DNA of 64,000 nucleotides from an uncultured Polyangiaceae bacterium (lineage in GTDB: Bacteria; Acidobacteriota; Thermoanaerobaculia; Multivoradales; JAHEKO01): contig CAXMQZ010000037.1 in NCBI GenBank assembly GCA_964195975.1, positions 23,721-87,720 of the forward strand, given 5' to 3'. The notes below the pieces were generated by a model. The model ran no database searches. It worked only from the letters and a program-made list of their open reading frames with translations, and was not told the origin of the DNA. Position 1 is the first letter of the stretch, and every line of letters starts with the position of its first letter. Shown in pieces: positions 38,565 to 48,585 of this stretch. The translations under genes were made by a program, and so were the position numbers.

Positions 38565-39068
38565 TTATCCACCGCCTGGGTCAATGCGAGGCGGTTTGCT
38601 ACCTCTGTGGTGTTTCGGGCCGGAGAAATCTCTAGCCGCCTGCAGGGCCTCGAAACGCTCCCGCTGTTCGGCGGTCAGAATCGAGTCGAGATCCGACGTG
38701 ACTTGGTCTCTCTCCAGTCGGGAGGCTTCGAGCTCAGTGTAGATATCGAGCGCTATCTGTCCTAGAACCTCCAGGTCGGGAGAGCTTTGATCAGCTATCT
38801 CCTTGAACCGAGCTCGCAGTTCCATGATCTGATCCCGCCTCGAGGTTCTACGATTTTGTTGGTCATCGATGATCTGAAGCCATTGCTCGGTTTGGATTGC
38901 GTCAAGCTCCAGATACTGAGTAATTCTCTCGAGCCTCCGAGAGTGGTTCCAATCGCCGGTCCACTCTTGATCAAAAGCTCTGTCGAGCGGCTGAGCCGAT
39001 AGGACGTATGCAACACAGCCGATCATCAATGCGGCGATCGCTCCGAGGATGATTGATCTCTTGGTCAT
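38565..39068 (-). CDS. Spy/CpxP/ZraP-like periplasmic protein (LTxxQ motif), start at internal Met MTKRSIILG
   Basis: Signal peptide, then a helical protein with LTAEQRERFEALQ (LTxxQ). The upstream 44 codons of the ORF lack an RBS context. Confidence 0.45.
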   Translation of the reverse strand: MTKRSIILGAIAALMIGCVAYVLSAQPLDRAFDQEWTGDWNHSRRLERITQYLELDAIQTEQWLQIIDDQQNRRTSRRDQIMELRARFKEIADQSSPDLEVLGQIALDIYTELEASRLERDQVTSDLDSILTAEQRERFEALQAARDFSGPKHHRGSKPPRIDPGGG

Positions 39069-39262
39069 TTCCTGGTCTCCTTTGTATTCACGTTCTGAGA
39101 GTCTGAGTTTTGTCTTGATAAGGTCACTCCAACGCTTCTGATAGATGAAACCCGGAGGATTCGAGTTTCTTGCGCAGCAGGGCTGTCGAGGGAAACTCAC
39201 TCCGATAAACTACCTGGCAGGTTCAGTCGGGTAGTCAAACTGACAAGAGATCAATTTTAGAG

Positions 39263-40648
39263 ATGAAGCAATCAGAGATGGCTCGCGAGCGTATGTCGTC
39301 GGTCGATCGGGCGTGGTTGGGGATGGATCATCCGACCAACCTGATGATGATCAACGGCCTCCTCTTTTTTGATCGGTCGCTGAGCCGCGAGGAAGTGCAG
39401 CCGGTGCTGGAGGAACGATTGCTCGTCGTGTCGAGATTTTCGCATCGCGTCACCGCAGCCACAGGACGGTCGGGTCACGAGTGGGAGTCTGTGTCGCCAG
39501 ACATGAGCTATCACCTTGTCGAGCATGAGCTCGACGCACCGGGTGATGATCGCCATCTCCAGGACCTGGTCAGCGGTTGGATGAGCACGTCTCTGGATCG
39601 ATCGAAGCCGCTATGGCGTCTTCACCTGGTACACGGTTATCAACAGGGTGCAGTGCTGCTTTGGCGACTTCATCACTGCATCGGTGATGGTCTGGCGCTC
39701 ATGCTGGTGCTCCTGTCGCTGACAGAGCCGTCCCCAGATGGACAACCCAGCATGGATTCGAATCCCTTGCGGCGTTTTTTTGGTCCCGAGCCCCTCAGTC
39801 CTGAAACTGCAAAGGGGATTCTCCAAGAGGTCATGCCTGCGGCAGCCAAAATCCTTACGGCTCCGGCCGAGCAGCTTGGCACCCTGAGCTGGTGGAAAAA
39901 AGGCGGAGCCTCGGTCCCTGCTCTGAGTCGACTCGTTTTGAGACCTCCAGACTCGAAGACTCTTTTCAAGGGCGAACTCGGAGCCGAGAAAAGTGCGGTC
40001 TGGTCCGATTCCATACCTTTGAGCGATGTCAACCGTATCCGTGGGGCGTTAGGCGGCACAGTCAACGACATCCTCACCAATGCCGTTGCTGGTGGCTTGA
40101 GACGCTACCTCGAATCTCGCGGTGGTCTTAGAAATCGCCTGAACATAAGGGCCGTCGTGCCGGTGAGTCTGAGGCCGGTGGAGGGAATGGCATCTTTGGG
40201 GAATCAGTTTGGTCTGGTTTTCCTATCGCTGCCCGTGGGTATAGCCGATCCCCGCGAGCGGTTGGCAGAGCTGGGTCGTCGTATGAATCGACTGAAGCGC
40301 TCTTTCGAGCCGGTTGTAGCCCTCAAGCTCCTGGGCTTGATCGGCTCGCTCCCACCCACTCTTCGGGAATTGGCAATCAGAAATTTTGGCGCCAAGGCCA
40401 CCGCAGTGCTTACCAATGTTCCGGGTCCTCTGAAAACCATGTACTTCGCCGGTAAACCCATCAGGAGCTTCTTGTTTTGGGTCCCCGGGAGATTTGGTAT
40501 CGGGATCAGTATCGGGAGCTATGACGGTCAGGTGCGCGTCGGCATCGCCACTGATACGGGTCTGGTCCCAGATCCTGAAGCGATCGTTGCTGGATTTCAC
40601 CAGGAGTTCAGCGCCATGCTGCGACTCGCTGCAACCCAGGAGGTCTGA
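39263..40648 (+). CDS. Wax ester synthase/acyl-CoA:diacylglycerol acyltransferase (WS/DGAT)
   Basis: Catalytic HHxxxDG motif LHHCIGDG about 130 aa from the N-terminus. 461 aa with a C-terminal DUF1298-like region. Confidence 0.8.
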   Translation: MKQSEMARERMSSVDRAWLGMDHPTNLMMINGLLFFDRSLSREEVQPVLEERLLVVSRFSHRVTAATGRSGHEWESVSPDMSYHLVEHELDAPGDDRHLQDLVSGWMSTSLDRSKPLWRLHLVHGYQQGAVLLWRLHHCIGDGLALMLVLLSLTEPSPDGQPSMDSNPLRRFFGPEPLSPETAKGILQEVMPAAAKILTAPAEQLGTLSWWKKGGASVPALSRLVLRPPDSKTLFKGELGAEKSAVWSDSIPLSDVNRIRGALGGTVNDILTNAVAGGLRRYLESRGGLRNRLNIRAVVPVSLRPVEGMASLGNQFGLVFLSLPVGIADPRERLAELGRRMNRLKRSFEPVVALKLLGLIGSLPPTLRELAIRNFGAKATAVLTNVPGPLKTMYFAGKPIRSFLFWVPGRFGIGISIGSYDGQVRVGIATDTGLVPDPEAIVAGFHQEFSAMLRLAATQEV

Positions 40649-40690
40649 CTCGATCGAATCGAGTCATCTCGACGACTTCTCGAATACCGT

Positions 40691-41921
40691 GATAGAGACA
40701 CTCAGCAGTATTGAGTTCTGGAAGCACCTGAGCATCCCGTTTGTGGCTGCTCTGGTCGGGTGGAGCACCAACTGGGTGGCCATCAAGTTGACTTTTCTTC
40801 CTTTGGAGTTCAGGGGAATTCGACCGATATTTGGTTGGCAGGGGATCATTCCTTCCAAAGCCGAAAAGATGGCGTCCACCTTCGCTGAGTCCACCATGTT
40901 CCGACTCGGAACCCTCAGTGAGATCTTCCATCAAATGGATCCCGATGCCATCGCCGACCATATCGCTGAGGAGATCTCCCCACATCTGGACGCCTATATC
41001 GAAGAGGTTCTCTTCTACGGCGGCAATGGAACGATCTGGCGGGCACTTCCTGAGATCGTCCGAAGGCGAATCTTCGATCGAGTCCGAGCTCAAATGCCAC
41101 AGCTGGTGCACGATCTGATGATCGATGTCGATGAGCAGGTCGATGACCTGTTGGATTTCAAGCATATGCTGGTGACGCAGTTGGTCGAAGACAAAGCTCT
41201 TTTGAATCGGTTGTTTCTCGAGGCTGGCAGTGAGGAGTTCAAGTTCATTATCAGGTCAGGCCTATATTTCGGTTTCCTGTTTGGTCTGGTGCAGGTTGCA
41301 GTGTGGTGGATCTACAAGGGTTGGTGGGTTCTGCCACTGTTTGGTGGCTTGGTCGGATTCCTCACGAACTGGATCGCCATCAACTTGATTTTCCGTCCCT
41401 TGAATCCCAAGAAGATCGGTCCATGGACCGTGCAGGGTTTGTTTCTCAAGCGCCAATCCGAAGTCGCCGCAGTCTGGTGTCGCCTCGTAACTAGGGAAAT
41501 TGTCACAATTCGACAGATCATCGAATCGATGCTGTACGGGCCTCGGTCGGATGCGACGCAAGCCCTGATCAGGCGCCACATCCAAAGTGTCGCCGACGAA
41601 GCGTTGGGAGCTCTTCGCCCGGCAGCTCGGCTCACGGTCGGCAGCGAGAGACTCGAAAGTATTCGCGAAGATGTGGGCGATAAGGCCGTCGAGATATCGA
41701 TCGAACCCTTCAAGAACTGGAGATTTATCGAGGACCGTGCGAGCCTCCTGGAGACTCTTCTCAACGAACGCATGGCGAGTTTGCCACCCGAAGAGTTCCA
41801 GGATCTGCTCAGACCCTGCTTTCAGGAAGATGAGTGGAAGCTGATCCTGATGGGTGGTGTATTGGGTTTGCTCGCGGGAACAGCGCAGCTGATACTCGTA
41901 TTTGGAGGCTTTGCGTCTTAG
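40691..41921 (+). CDS. DUF445-family membrane protein; start uncertain (ORF opens at 40494, overlapping WS/DGAT; GTG near 40691 proposed)
   Basis: TM helices at both ends flanking a helical cytoplasmic domain (...LPLFGGLVGFLTNWIAINLIFRP...). The architecture is typical of DUF445. Confidence 0.5.
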
Positions 41922-41923
41922 GT

Positions 41924-44011
41924 TCAGCTGGACGGTGTCTCTGATTTGGGCTTGCGGCGAAGAATCCATAACAGCATCGATGCGGCGCCAATCAAAAGCA
42001 TCACACCGCGCCGCGGACTGCCCAGGATCAGGTCTCCTGTGCCGGCCAGCGAACCGAATAGGACGAAGAGGGCGGCTCCAAACCTCAACGCAGTACCAGC
42101 CATCGACTCGGGAGGTGTTGGACTCCAACGGGCCCAGGCCTTTGAAGGGGGTCGTACCAGAGTGGCAAATCGCCTCAGCGTAGCGTCGTCGTTTCGAGGG
42201 CCGAAAAGCGAGACTGGAATCCATGTGGCCAAACTGACTCCGGCGATCATCATGATCTTGCTCCATCCCGGCACTGCGGTTACGAAGAACGGATTGGGCC
42301 CTCCAAACAGGGTTTCGGTGCCAAAGACTTCGAGCCCCACACCAAGAAGCGTCGTGACACCCATGGCTGCGAGCTCGGCATAGGCAGTCACTCGTGGCCA
42401 GAACCATCTCAGGGCGCTCACCGAACCCAGCCCTGCACCGAGCGTGACCAGAAACCGCCAAACGGAAGCGATATTTTGAATCTGCAGTGCGACCAGCCCT
42501 GCGATGACCGCGATCAGGAGCACGCTGAGTCTCGAGACAAAAACGTAGTGTTGTTGACTCTGATCCGGGCGAATAAAGCGACGATAGAGGTCCTGGACGA
42601 GATACGAGGCGCCCCAGTTCACATGCGTGTCAATGGTGCTCATGAAGGCAGCCAACAGACTTGCCACGACAAGGCCGAGGAGGCCACTCGGAAGCACCTC
42701 TCTCATCACGAGAGGGTAGGCCATCTCGCGATCGAGCAACTCGATGCGGAAGCCGGAGAAGTGCACTCCCGGATCCTGGCCCGGACATGAAAGGCGAAGA
42801 TCGAAGACTCCGGTGTCATCGAAGCCGCGAAAGGACGCCATGTGTTTGCCTGGGCCGACTTTCTCGAGCGGTCGGCTCTGTCCTGCCAGATCCGCGTCGC
42901 AGTTGTCAGGTAGCCCAAGAAAGACCAGTGTGCCACCGGTCGCGAGATCGAGGGTCGATGGGGAAACCAGGGCAGTGTGGGTACCCTCAGGATCGATGGG
43001 CCCTTGAATCTCCAGTCTTGCATCGGGGTTCCCGGGCAGTTGGGGGAACAAGATCAATGATCCCAGTCCAATCAAGATCCACGGCCAGGGTCTGAACGCG
43101 TTGTGCACCACCGCGAACCAGATCATGGCGCCTTCGGCCTGAGCCTCGTCGCGGCATGCTGCCATTCGCTGTACGAAGTATCCGACGCCTTCTGCCCATC
43201 GCCACCAACCCGCAATGAGTAGAGTCAAGAAAAATATCGGGGGAAGGGTAGGGTGATCCGAGGGCGGTATCAGGTCCAGAACGTCGGCCAGCGATCGATC
43301 GCCGGTGGTCTCGACCGCTGTAGCGACTGCGCCCAAGAGGCCTGAGGGTGCCTCTGTTTCTGTTGGTGCATTACCGAGACCGCCGAATTGACTGACCAGC
43401 AAGACCGCTAGAACTATGGCTCCGACGGCGCTGAGTCCAAACTGAACGAGATCGGTGACCACAACACTTCTGAATCCACCCATCAGCGTGTAGCTCACCG
43501 AAACCGCAATACAGATAGAGATGACGACGATGGGCTCGACCTCGAAAAAGGCTCGACTGATCTTTACCATGGCGGCGATGACCCAGGCCATGGTCAGACA
43601 GTTGATGAAGAGACCGAAGTACAGAGCTTTGATCATGCGAAGTGCCGCCGCGGGTCTTCCGCTGTAGCGAATCTCGGTTATCTCGGCATCTGTAATGACA
43701 CCGGAGCGACGCCACATTCGCGCGAAGAAAAAAGCCGCTGTCAGATGAGCGATAGCGACGGCCCACCAGATCCAATTTCCGCTGACTCCGTCTGTTGCAA
43801 CTATGCCGGTAACCAGCAGCGGCGTGTCAGCTGCGAAGGTCGTTGCGACCATCGAGGTGCCCGCGACCCACCAGGCGAGTTTCCGATCGCCAACAAAAAA
43901 GCTTTCGGTACTCCGGCCAGCTTGCTTTGAGAAGAAGACCCCGGCACCAAGGGCGAAGGCCATATAGGCGGCTATGATCGAGAGATCGAGAAGGGATAGG
44001 CCGTCGGGCAC
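41924..44011 (-). CDS. Sodium:solute symporter family transporter with a large (about 150 aa) soluble insertion
   Basis: 695 aa. SSS-like N-terminal helices, an inserted hydrophilic segment ...FPQLPGNPDARLEIQGPIDPEGTHTALVSPSTLDLATGG...RLSCPGQDPGVHFSGFRIELLDREMAYP..., then further helices. Confidence 0.7.
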   Translation of the reverse strand: MPDGLSLLDLSIIAAYMAFALGAGVFFSKQAGRSTESFFVGDRKLAWWVAGTSMVATTFAADTPLLVTGIVATDGVSGNWIWWAVAIAHLTAAFFFARMWRRSGVITDAEITEIRYSGRPAAALRMIKALYFGLFINCLTMAWVIAAMVKISRAFFEVEPIVVISICIAVSVSYTLMGGFRSVVVTDLVQFGLSAVGAIVLAVLLVSQFGGLGNAPTETEAPSGLLGAVATAVETTGDRSLADVLDLIPPSDHPTLPPIFFLTLLIAGWWRWAEGVGYFVQRMAACRDEAQAEGAMIWFAVVHNAFRPWPWILIGLGSLILFPQLPGNPDARLEIQGPIDPEGTHTALVSPSTLDLATGGTLVFLGLPDNCDADLAGQSRPLEKVGPGKHMASFRGFDDTGVFDLRLSCPGQDPGVHFSGFRIELLDREMAYPLVMREVLPSGLLGLVVASLLAAFMSTIDTHVNWGASYLVQDLYRRFIRPDQSQQHYVFVSRLSVLLIAVIAGLVALQIQNIASVWRFLVTLGAGLGSVSALRWFWPRVTAYAELAAMGVTTLLGVGLEVFGTETLFGGPNPFFVTAVPGWSKIMMIAGVSLATWIPVSLFGPRNDDATLRRFATLVRPPSKAWARWSPTPPESMAGTALRFGAALFVLFGSLAGTGDLILGSPRRGVMLLIGAASMLLWILRRKPKSETPSS

Positions 44012-44047
44012 GATGCGATCATTCCTGGCGATTGGAACAGGACGGGC

Positions 44048-45568
44048 TCACTGCGGTCGAGCCCGCCCCCGTCGGATCCCGACAAGACTTGCCAGGAACC
44101 GCCAGTCTTTTCGTCCAGCGAGCCCGGTCAGGGTCGCCAGGGTTGCGAAAACCGGAAGATAAATCGCGACCTTGATCAGAAGATCGAAGGCGGCCGAGGC
44201 ATCGATCATTCTTGCCGCCAACAGTGCCGGGATGCTGGCCAGAGCGGCAACCGTGAGTGTGCGGCAGTAGAAACCAAAAGGGAACACCTCTCTCAGCGGT
44301 ACGTTTAGAACTTGACTGAGAGCAAGCAGGACATAGAGCCAGGCTATGAACGTTGCGATCAAGGTAGATATGGCGGCACCGACCATTCCCAGCCAGAGGA
44401 CAAAAGGCACACTCAAGATCAGATTTATGACGGCTGATAGTCCTGCCCAAGCCGTAATGACACGAGTCTTGTTGATCGCTTTTAGGACTGCACTGTAGTC
44501 AGCCACTCGCTGAAAGAGGGTCAGAGAATAAATGCTGAACACGATTGCTGCGCCTTCGTACTCCCGTGAAAAGAGCAGCACGATGAGCTCCCGCGAAATC
44601 AGAACGAACATCACCATCAGAGGTAGGACCATCACGCTCACCTTGGTGATCGACTTCGTCCAAAGTGACAAAAGCTCCTCTTTGTTGCCTTCCAAGTAGG
44701 AGGTGACCAAAGGGATCATCATCACCGAGGCGACCGAGGTGGCAATCATCGGTACGAGAGGTATCTCCCAGGCCCCAACTGAGTATTCCGCAAACACGAC
44801 CACCGGGAGCAGAAACATTACGACGTACTTGTCGATGAATTGGTTGATCTTCCAAAGCAGGTCTGCGATTCCAAGGGGCACCGAGTAGCCCAGGACCTGC
44901 CAAACCATATCGCCGGGTAGAGTTGCACCTGTCTTCTCGAGCTCATGCGAGAAACAGATACTGGTCACGATGACCCGAAAGACGCCATAACCAACGAGTG
45001 CATAGCAGACAGTCTGTATTGGCCGACCTAGGGCAGCAGGAACGACCATGGCTGCAAACAACACAAAACTGAACAAAATCGTAACTCGGGCCGCCTGCTT
45101 GGTCTTTCCGAGTGCGATCAGAACGTTTTGGATGGGATAGGTGGGCAGCTCAATGATGACCAGAAAGGCCAACGGGATCATCAGCCCGACAACGTCGTAG
45201 CCCCGTGAGGAAGCGATCAGGCCGATCAGCAAGAGCAGCAGAGCACCACCGACCGCGATGTAGAATAGGATCCTGCTGATCAAGAAAACGAAAGCGCGAT
45301 GTGCATCCTCCTTCACGATCCCGAGGTAGTAGAAGACACTACCGGGTAGACCGAGTTGGGCCAAAGAGGTGACTGCCAAATAAGTCAGGAGAGCAAAGCT
45401 GAGCAGGCCAAAATCTGGTTTGGGCAGCAACCGGGCGAGAATAGCGATCCCAGCGATACGCGTGATCCCACCGACCGCTTTGCTGACAACGAGAATGCTG
45501 GCTTTCGAGGCGAGCGCGGTCTTCTCCGAGGGACCTGAGCTCTGATCAGCTGGGGACGAAGTGGTCAA
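44048..45568 (-). CDS. MOP-superfamily flippase (Wzx/polysaccharide biosynthesis protein family)
   Basis: 506 aa with about 14 TM helices. N-terminus ...ASILVVSKAVGGITRIAGIAILARLL... is typical of the Wzx/PST family. Confidence 0.7.
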   Translation of the reverse strand: MTTSSPADQSSGPSEKTALASKASILVVSKAVGGITRIAGIAILARLLPKPDFGLLSFALLTYLAVTSLAQLGLPGSVFYYLGIVKEDAHRAFVFLISRILFYIAVGGALLLLLIGLIASSRGYDVVGLMIPLAFLVIIELPTYPIQNVLIALGKTKQAARVTILFSFVLFAAMVVPAALGRPIQTVCYALVGYGVFRVIVTSICFSHELEKTGATLPGDMVWQVLGYSVPLGIADLLWKINQFIDKYVVMFLLPVVVFAEYSVGAWEIPLVPMIATSVASVMMIPLVTSYLEGNKEELLSLWTKSITKVSVMVLPLMVMFVLISRELIVLLFSREYEGAAIVFSIYSLTLFQRVADYSAVLKAINKTRVITAWAGLSAVINLILSVPFVLWLGMVGAAISTLIATFIAWLYVLLALSQVLNVPLREVFPFGFYCRTLTVAALASIPALLAARMIDASAAFDLLIKVAIYLPVFATLATLTGLAGRKDWRFLASLVGIRRGRARPQ

Positions 45569-45651
45569 CGCGGGGCGGCCTCTTGGGCTCGCTTTTCAGC
45601 TGCATGTAGGGGAGAAGTGTCGCTAGGCTCGATGCTCCCCATTCGAACCAC

Positions 45652-46629
45652 CTACCTCGCCTCGAGGGCGTTGCGGTCACAAGTATACCAAGCATGGGTT
45701 CTGCCAAGACCTTCATTCAAATTCACCTGCGCCGTGAAATCCGTGGCCTTTTGTAGCTTCTTCGGGCTGCACACGAACCCCTCCGACAGGATCTCGCGAT
45801 ACTTCGATGGTGTCAGCAACGGGTTGAGACCGAGCTTCGCAGCGGGTACTCCAAGGGCCATGACCAACCAAAGAATGTTTCGAGGCACCCGAGTTGGCCG
45901 GTAGGTTTTATGGCAGGTCCGTGCCAGCACGCTTAGGAAGTCGTCGGCTGTGTGTGGCTCGTTGTGAGCGACAAAAAACACCTCCGACAGGGCCTGTGGG
46001 TGACAACCGACGATCTCGATAGCTCGAACCAGATCGCTGATGTAGAGGAATGAGAACGCCGAGTCAGGCTTGGCCAGCACCGGGAAGAAGCCACGCCAGG
46101 CGCAGCGGAAAAGAGAGAGAAAGTCCCGATCGCCGGGACCGTATACTGCGCTGGGTCGCAGGATCGTATAGGCGAGGCCGTCGATTCTGCGGACTGCCTG
46201 CTCACCGGCCAGCTTACTCTTGCCGTAGTCAGTTATCGGGTCAGGGATATCTGTTTCGGTCCGAGGCTTTTGTAGAGTTCCGGTGCCGGCAGCGGCCTGA
46301 CTCGATACATGGACGAGTCGAGCTCCGCTAGCCCGAGCCGCCAGCGCCACTTGTTCTGCTGCCCCCGCATTTGCGGGCAGATAGTCCTTCAAGCTCGGCG
46401 CACGGGTTTTCCCGGCTAGGTGAATCACCAGGTCGCAGCCATTGAAGGCCACGGTCAGCTCGTTGCGCTGCAGCGGGCTGACGACAGGCTCCGACTCTGC
46501 CGGAGGCGCTCTTGTGGTCTCGGGCCGCAGAATCGCGCGAACCTGCCAACCAGCTCTCGCCAGATGCAGAGAGAGGTGTCGCCCAATAAAGCCGGTCGAG
46601 CCCGTGACAGCAACTTTGCCTTCCATCAC
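45652..46629 (-). CDS. NAD-dependent epimerase/dehydratase-family (extended SDR) protein
   Basis: Rossmann motif VAVTGSTGFIGRHL. 325 aa with a YxxxK region. In this context it is a candidate 3-ketosphinganine-type reductase (inference). Confidence 0.8.
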   Translation of the reverse strand: MMEGKVAVTGSTGFIGRHLSLHLARAGWQVRAILRPETTRAPPAESEPVVSPLQRNELTVAFNGCDLVIHLAGKTRAPSLKDYLPANAGAAEQVALAARASGARLVHVSSQAAAGTGTLQKPRTETDIPDPITDYGKSKLAGEQAVRRIDGLAYTILRPSAVYGPGDRDFLSLFRCAWRGFFPVLAKPDSAFSFLYISDLVRAIEIVGCHPQALSEVFFVAHNEPHTADDFLSVLARTCHKTYRPTRVPRNILWLVMALGVPAAKLGLNPLLTPSKYREILSEGFVCSPKKLQKATDFTAQVNLNEGLGRTHAWYTCDRNALEAR

Positions 46630-46689
46630 AGCTGTTCTTGAAAGATCCGATAGGTTTTGTAGACAATGCCACCCGCGACCCTGATTTCG

Positions 46690-47913
46690 CTAGATGACAC
46701 CCAAGGACTTCCCGACGCGGTCGAAGGCGAACAGGATCTCTTCGATGTCGTCGTGGCTATGTCTGGCAGTAATGCTCGTCCGGACAATACACTCACCGTC
46801 GGGCACGCCTGGTGGTACTGCAGGCGACGTGAAGATCCCCTCGTCCCACAGCGCTTGCCAGAAGCGAAATGTCTTTGATTCCTCGCCTATCAGAACCGGC
46901 ACAATCGGGGTCTCGGAACCGAGGGTGTCGAAACCCAGTTCATGCATGCTTTTGCGGTAGAACTTGACATTCTGCTGTAGCTTTTCGCGTCGCCAGGTCT
47001 CTTTTTGAATTAATTCGAGGGCCTTGGTAGTGGCAGCGATCTGCATTCCGGGGAGCGCAGCCGTAAACATGAAGGGTCGCGCGACGCAGCGAACATAGCC
47101 CACGATATCGGTGTCTCCGCCGATAAACCCTCCTACCGAGCCGAATGCCTTGGAGAAGGTGCCCACGACGAGGTCTACACCCTGTTCCTGACCAAGATGC
47201 TCCGCAGTGCCACGACCTGCCTTGCCAAGGACTCCGGTTCCGTGTGCATCGTCGACTAGAAGGCCAGCATCGTACCGCTCGGCCAGCTCTACGAGTCGAT
47301 CCAACGGCGCGATGTGACCGCTCATGGAGAAGACACCATCGGTGACGATGAGCCGCCCACCGGGGCGATCGGAGTCCTTCTCGAGGAGGTGCGCGAGCTG
47401 GTCTATGTCGTTGTGTCGATATTTTCGGATCTTCGAGAATGAGAGTCTCGAGCCGTCGTAAAGACTGGCATGATTCTCACGATCAAAGTAGAGAATATCC
47501 TTTCGACCTCCGAGGGCGCTCAAGGCGCTCAGGCAGCCTTGAAATCCGGTGCTGAAGGTGAGAACACTCTCGACCTGAAGAAACTCGGCCAACTGTTCTT
47601 CTAGACGGTCATGCAACACCAGGGTTCCGGTGAGAAACCGTGAGCCGGTACAGCTCGTGCCATAGCGATCGAGAGCGCGGCGTGCGGCGGCCTTGACTCT
47701 CTCATCGCAAGCCAGGCCAAGATAGTCGTTGGAGCATGCAACAAGCTTCTCCTCTCCTTCGACCATCCATCGAACACCAGCATTGGTTTCGACTTGGCGA
47801 AAGTAGGGTTTGAAACCGGCCGCGGCAAGGTCTGCCAAGCGGACGTACTGCTGTGCTTTCTCGAACACGGCCTTGGGCCGTCTCGAGTCGTCGACTGTCT
47901 CAGGAATCACCAT
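46690..47913 (-). CDS. Alpha-oxoamine synthase family PLP enzyme, serine-palmitoyltransferase-like
   Basis: 407 aa. The PLP-lysine region GTFSKAFGSVGGFIGG is FSK...GGF as in SPT, unlike GTLGKA of BioF/Kbl. Confidence 0.7.
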   Translation of the reverse strand: MVIPETVDDSRRPKAVFEKAQQYVRLADLAAAGFKPYFRQVETNAGVRWMVEGEEKLVACSNDYLGLACDERVKAAARRALDRYGTSCTGSRFLTGTLVLHDRLEEQLAEFLQVESVLTFSTGFQGCLSALSALGGRKDILYFDRENHASLYDGSRLSFSKIRKYRHNDIDQLAHLLEKDSDRPGGRLIVTDGVFSMSGHIAPLDRLVELAERYDAGLLVDDAHGTGVLGKAGRGTAEHLGQEQGVDLVVGTFSKAFGSVGGFIGGDTDIVGYVRCVARPFMFTAALPGMQIAATTKALELIQKETWRREKLQQNVKFYRKSMHELGFDTLGSETPIVPVLIGEESKTFRFWQALWDEGIFTSPAVPPGVPDGECIVRTSITARHSHDDIEEILFAFDRVGKSLGVI

Positions 47914-47961
47914 TGGACACCACCCTTGTTCTATGTTTTCACTAATAAACGTCGGGAGAGA

Positions 47962-48585
47962 CTAGCTGTCAGCCTCCAGTGCGTCGATTCGATTCCTGAG
48001 ACGCTCGATGACAGTTTCTACCGACGAGACTCTCAACATTCTCGCAAATTGTTTTCGATAATTCTTAATCGTATCCACTCCATCCACAACGTAGTTGGTG
48101 ATCACCCAACTATCTTCGGATGGAATCAAATAGTAGTCGAGCTCAATGTCATCCTCACCATAGCGCGCGATCGTTCGCACAGTTGCTGTCTCGCCATCGA
48201 TATCCTCGCCTACGTACTCAAAACTATCGGCGCGATACCTTCCAAGTTTTCTTACCGACGAGACTCGAAGAAGCTCCCTGAAGACCTCTTTGAAGGTCTC
48301 GCAATCATCGCCAGCGGCAGGATCACAGAGACCGTCGATCGCCTCATTCGCAATGGTCGAAAAAGAGGTCATCTGATCCATAACATCGAAAACCTGTTCG
48401 TTCACGTCCGAGTCGGCTCTGCCGGAGTCTTTCGAATAGAGATCCAGGATCTCATCGTTCGACTCTCGAATTACCTGTAATGGTCCTTCTTGGGCAACAG
48501 CCGGAGAAATTGAGACCAACAGGAGAGTTACCGTGGCGGCATACCGCAACAGATCTACAATTTTAGCTGATTTCGACCGTTTCAT
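47962..48585 (-). CDS. Secreted hypothetical protein, possibly MlaC/Ttg2D-like lipid-binding periplasmic protein
   Basis: Signal peptide MKRSKSAKIVDLLRYAATVTLLLVSISPAVAQ. About 200 aa of mixed alpha/beta composition. Context only; no diagnostic motif. Confidence 0.35.
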   Translation of the reverse strand: MKRSKSAKIVDLLRYAATVTLLLVSISPAVAQEGPLQVIRESNDEILDLYSKDSGRADSDVNEQVFDVMDQMTSFSTIANEAIDGLCDPAAGDDCETFKEVFRELLRVSSVRKLGRYRADSFEYVGEDIDGETATVRTIARYGEDDIELDYYLIPSEDSWVITNYVVDGVDTIKNYRKQFARMLRVSSVETVIERLRNRIDALEADS

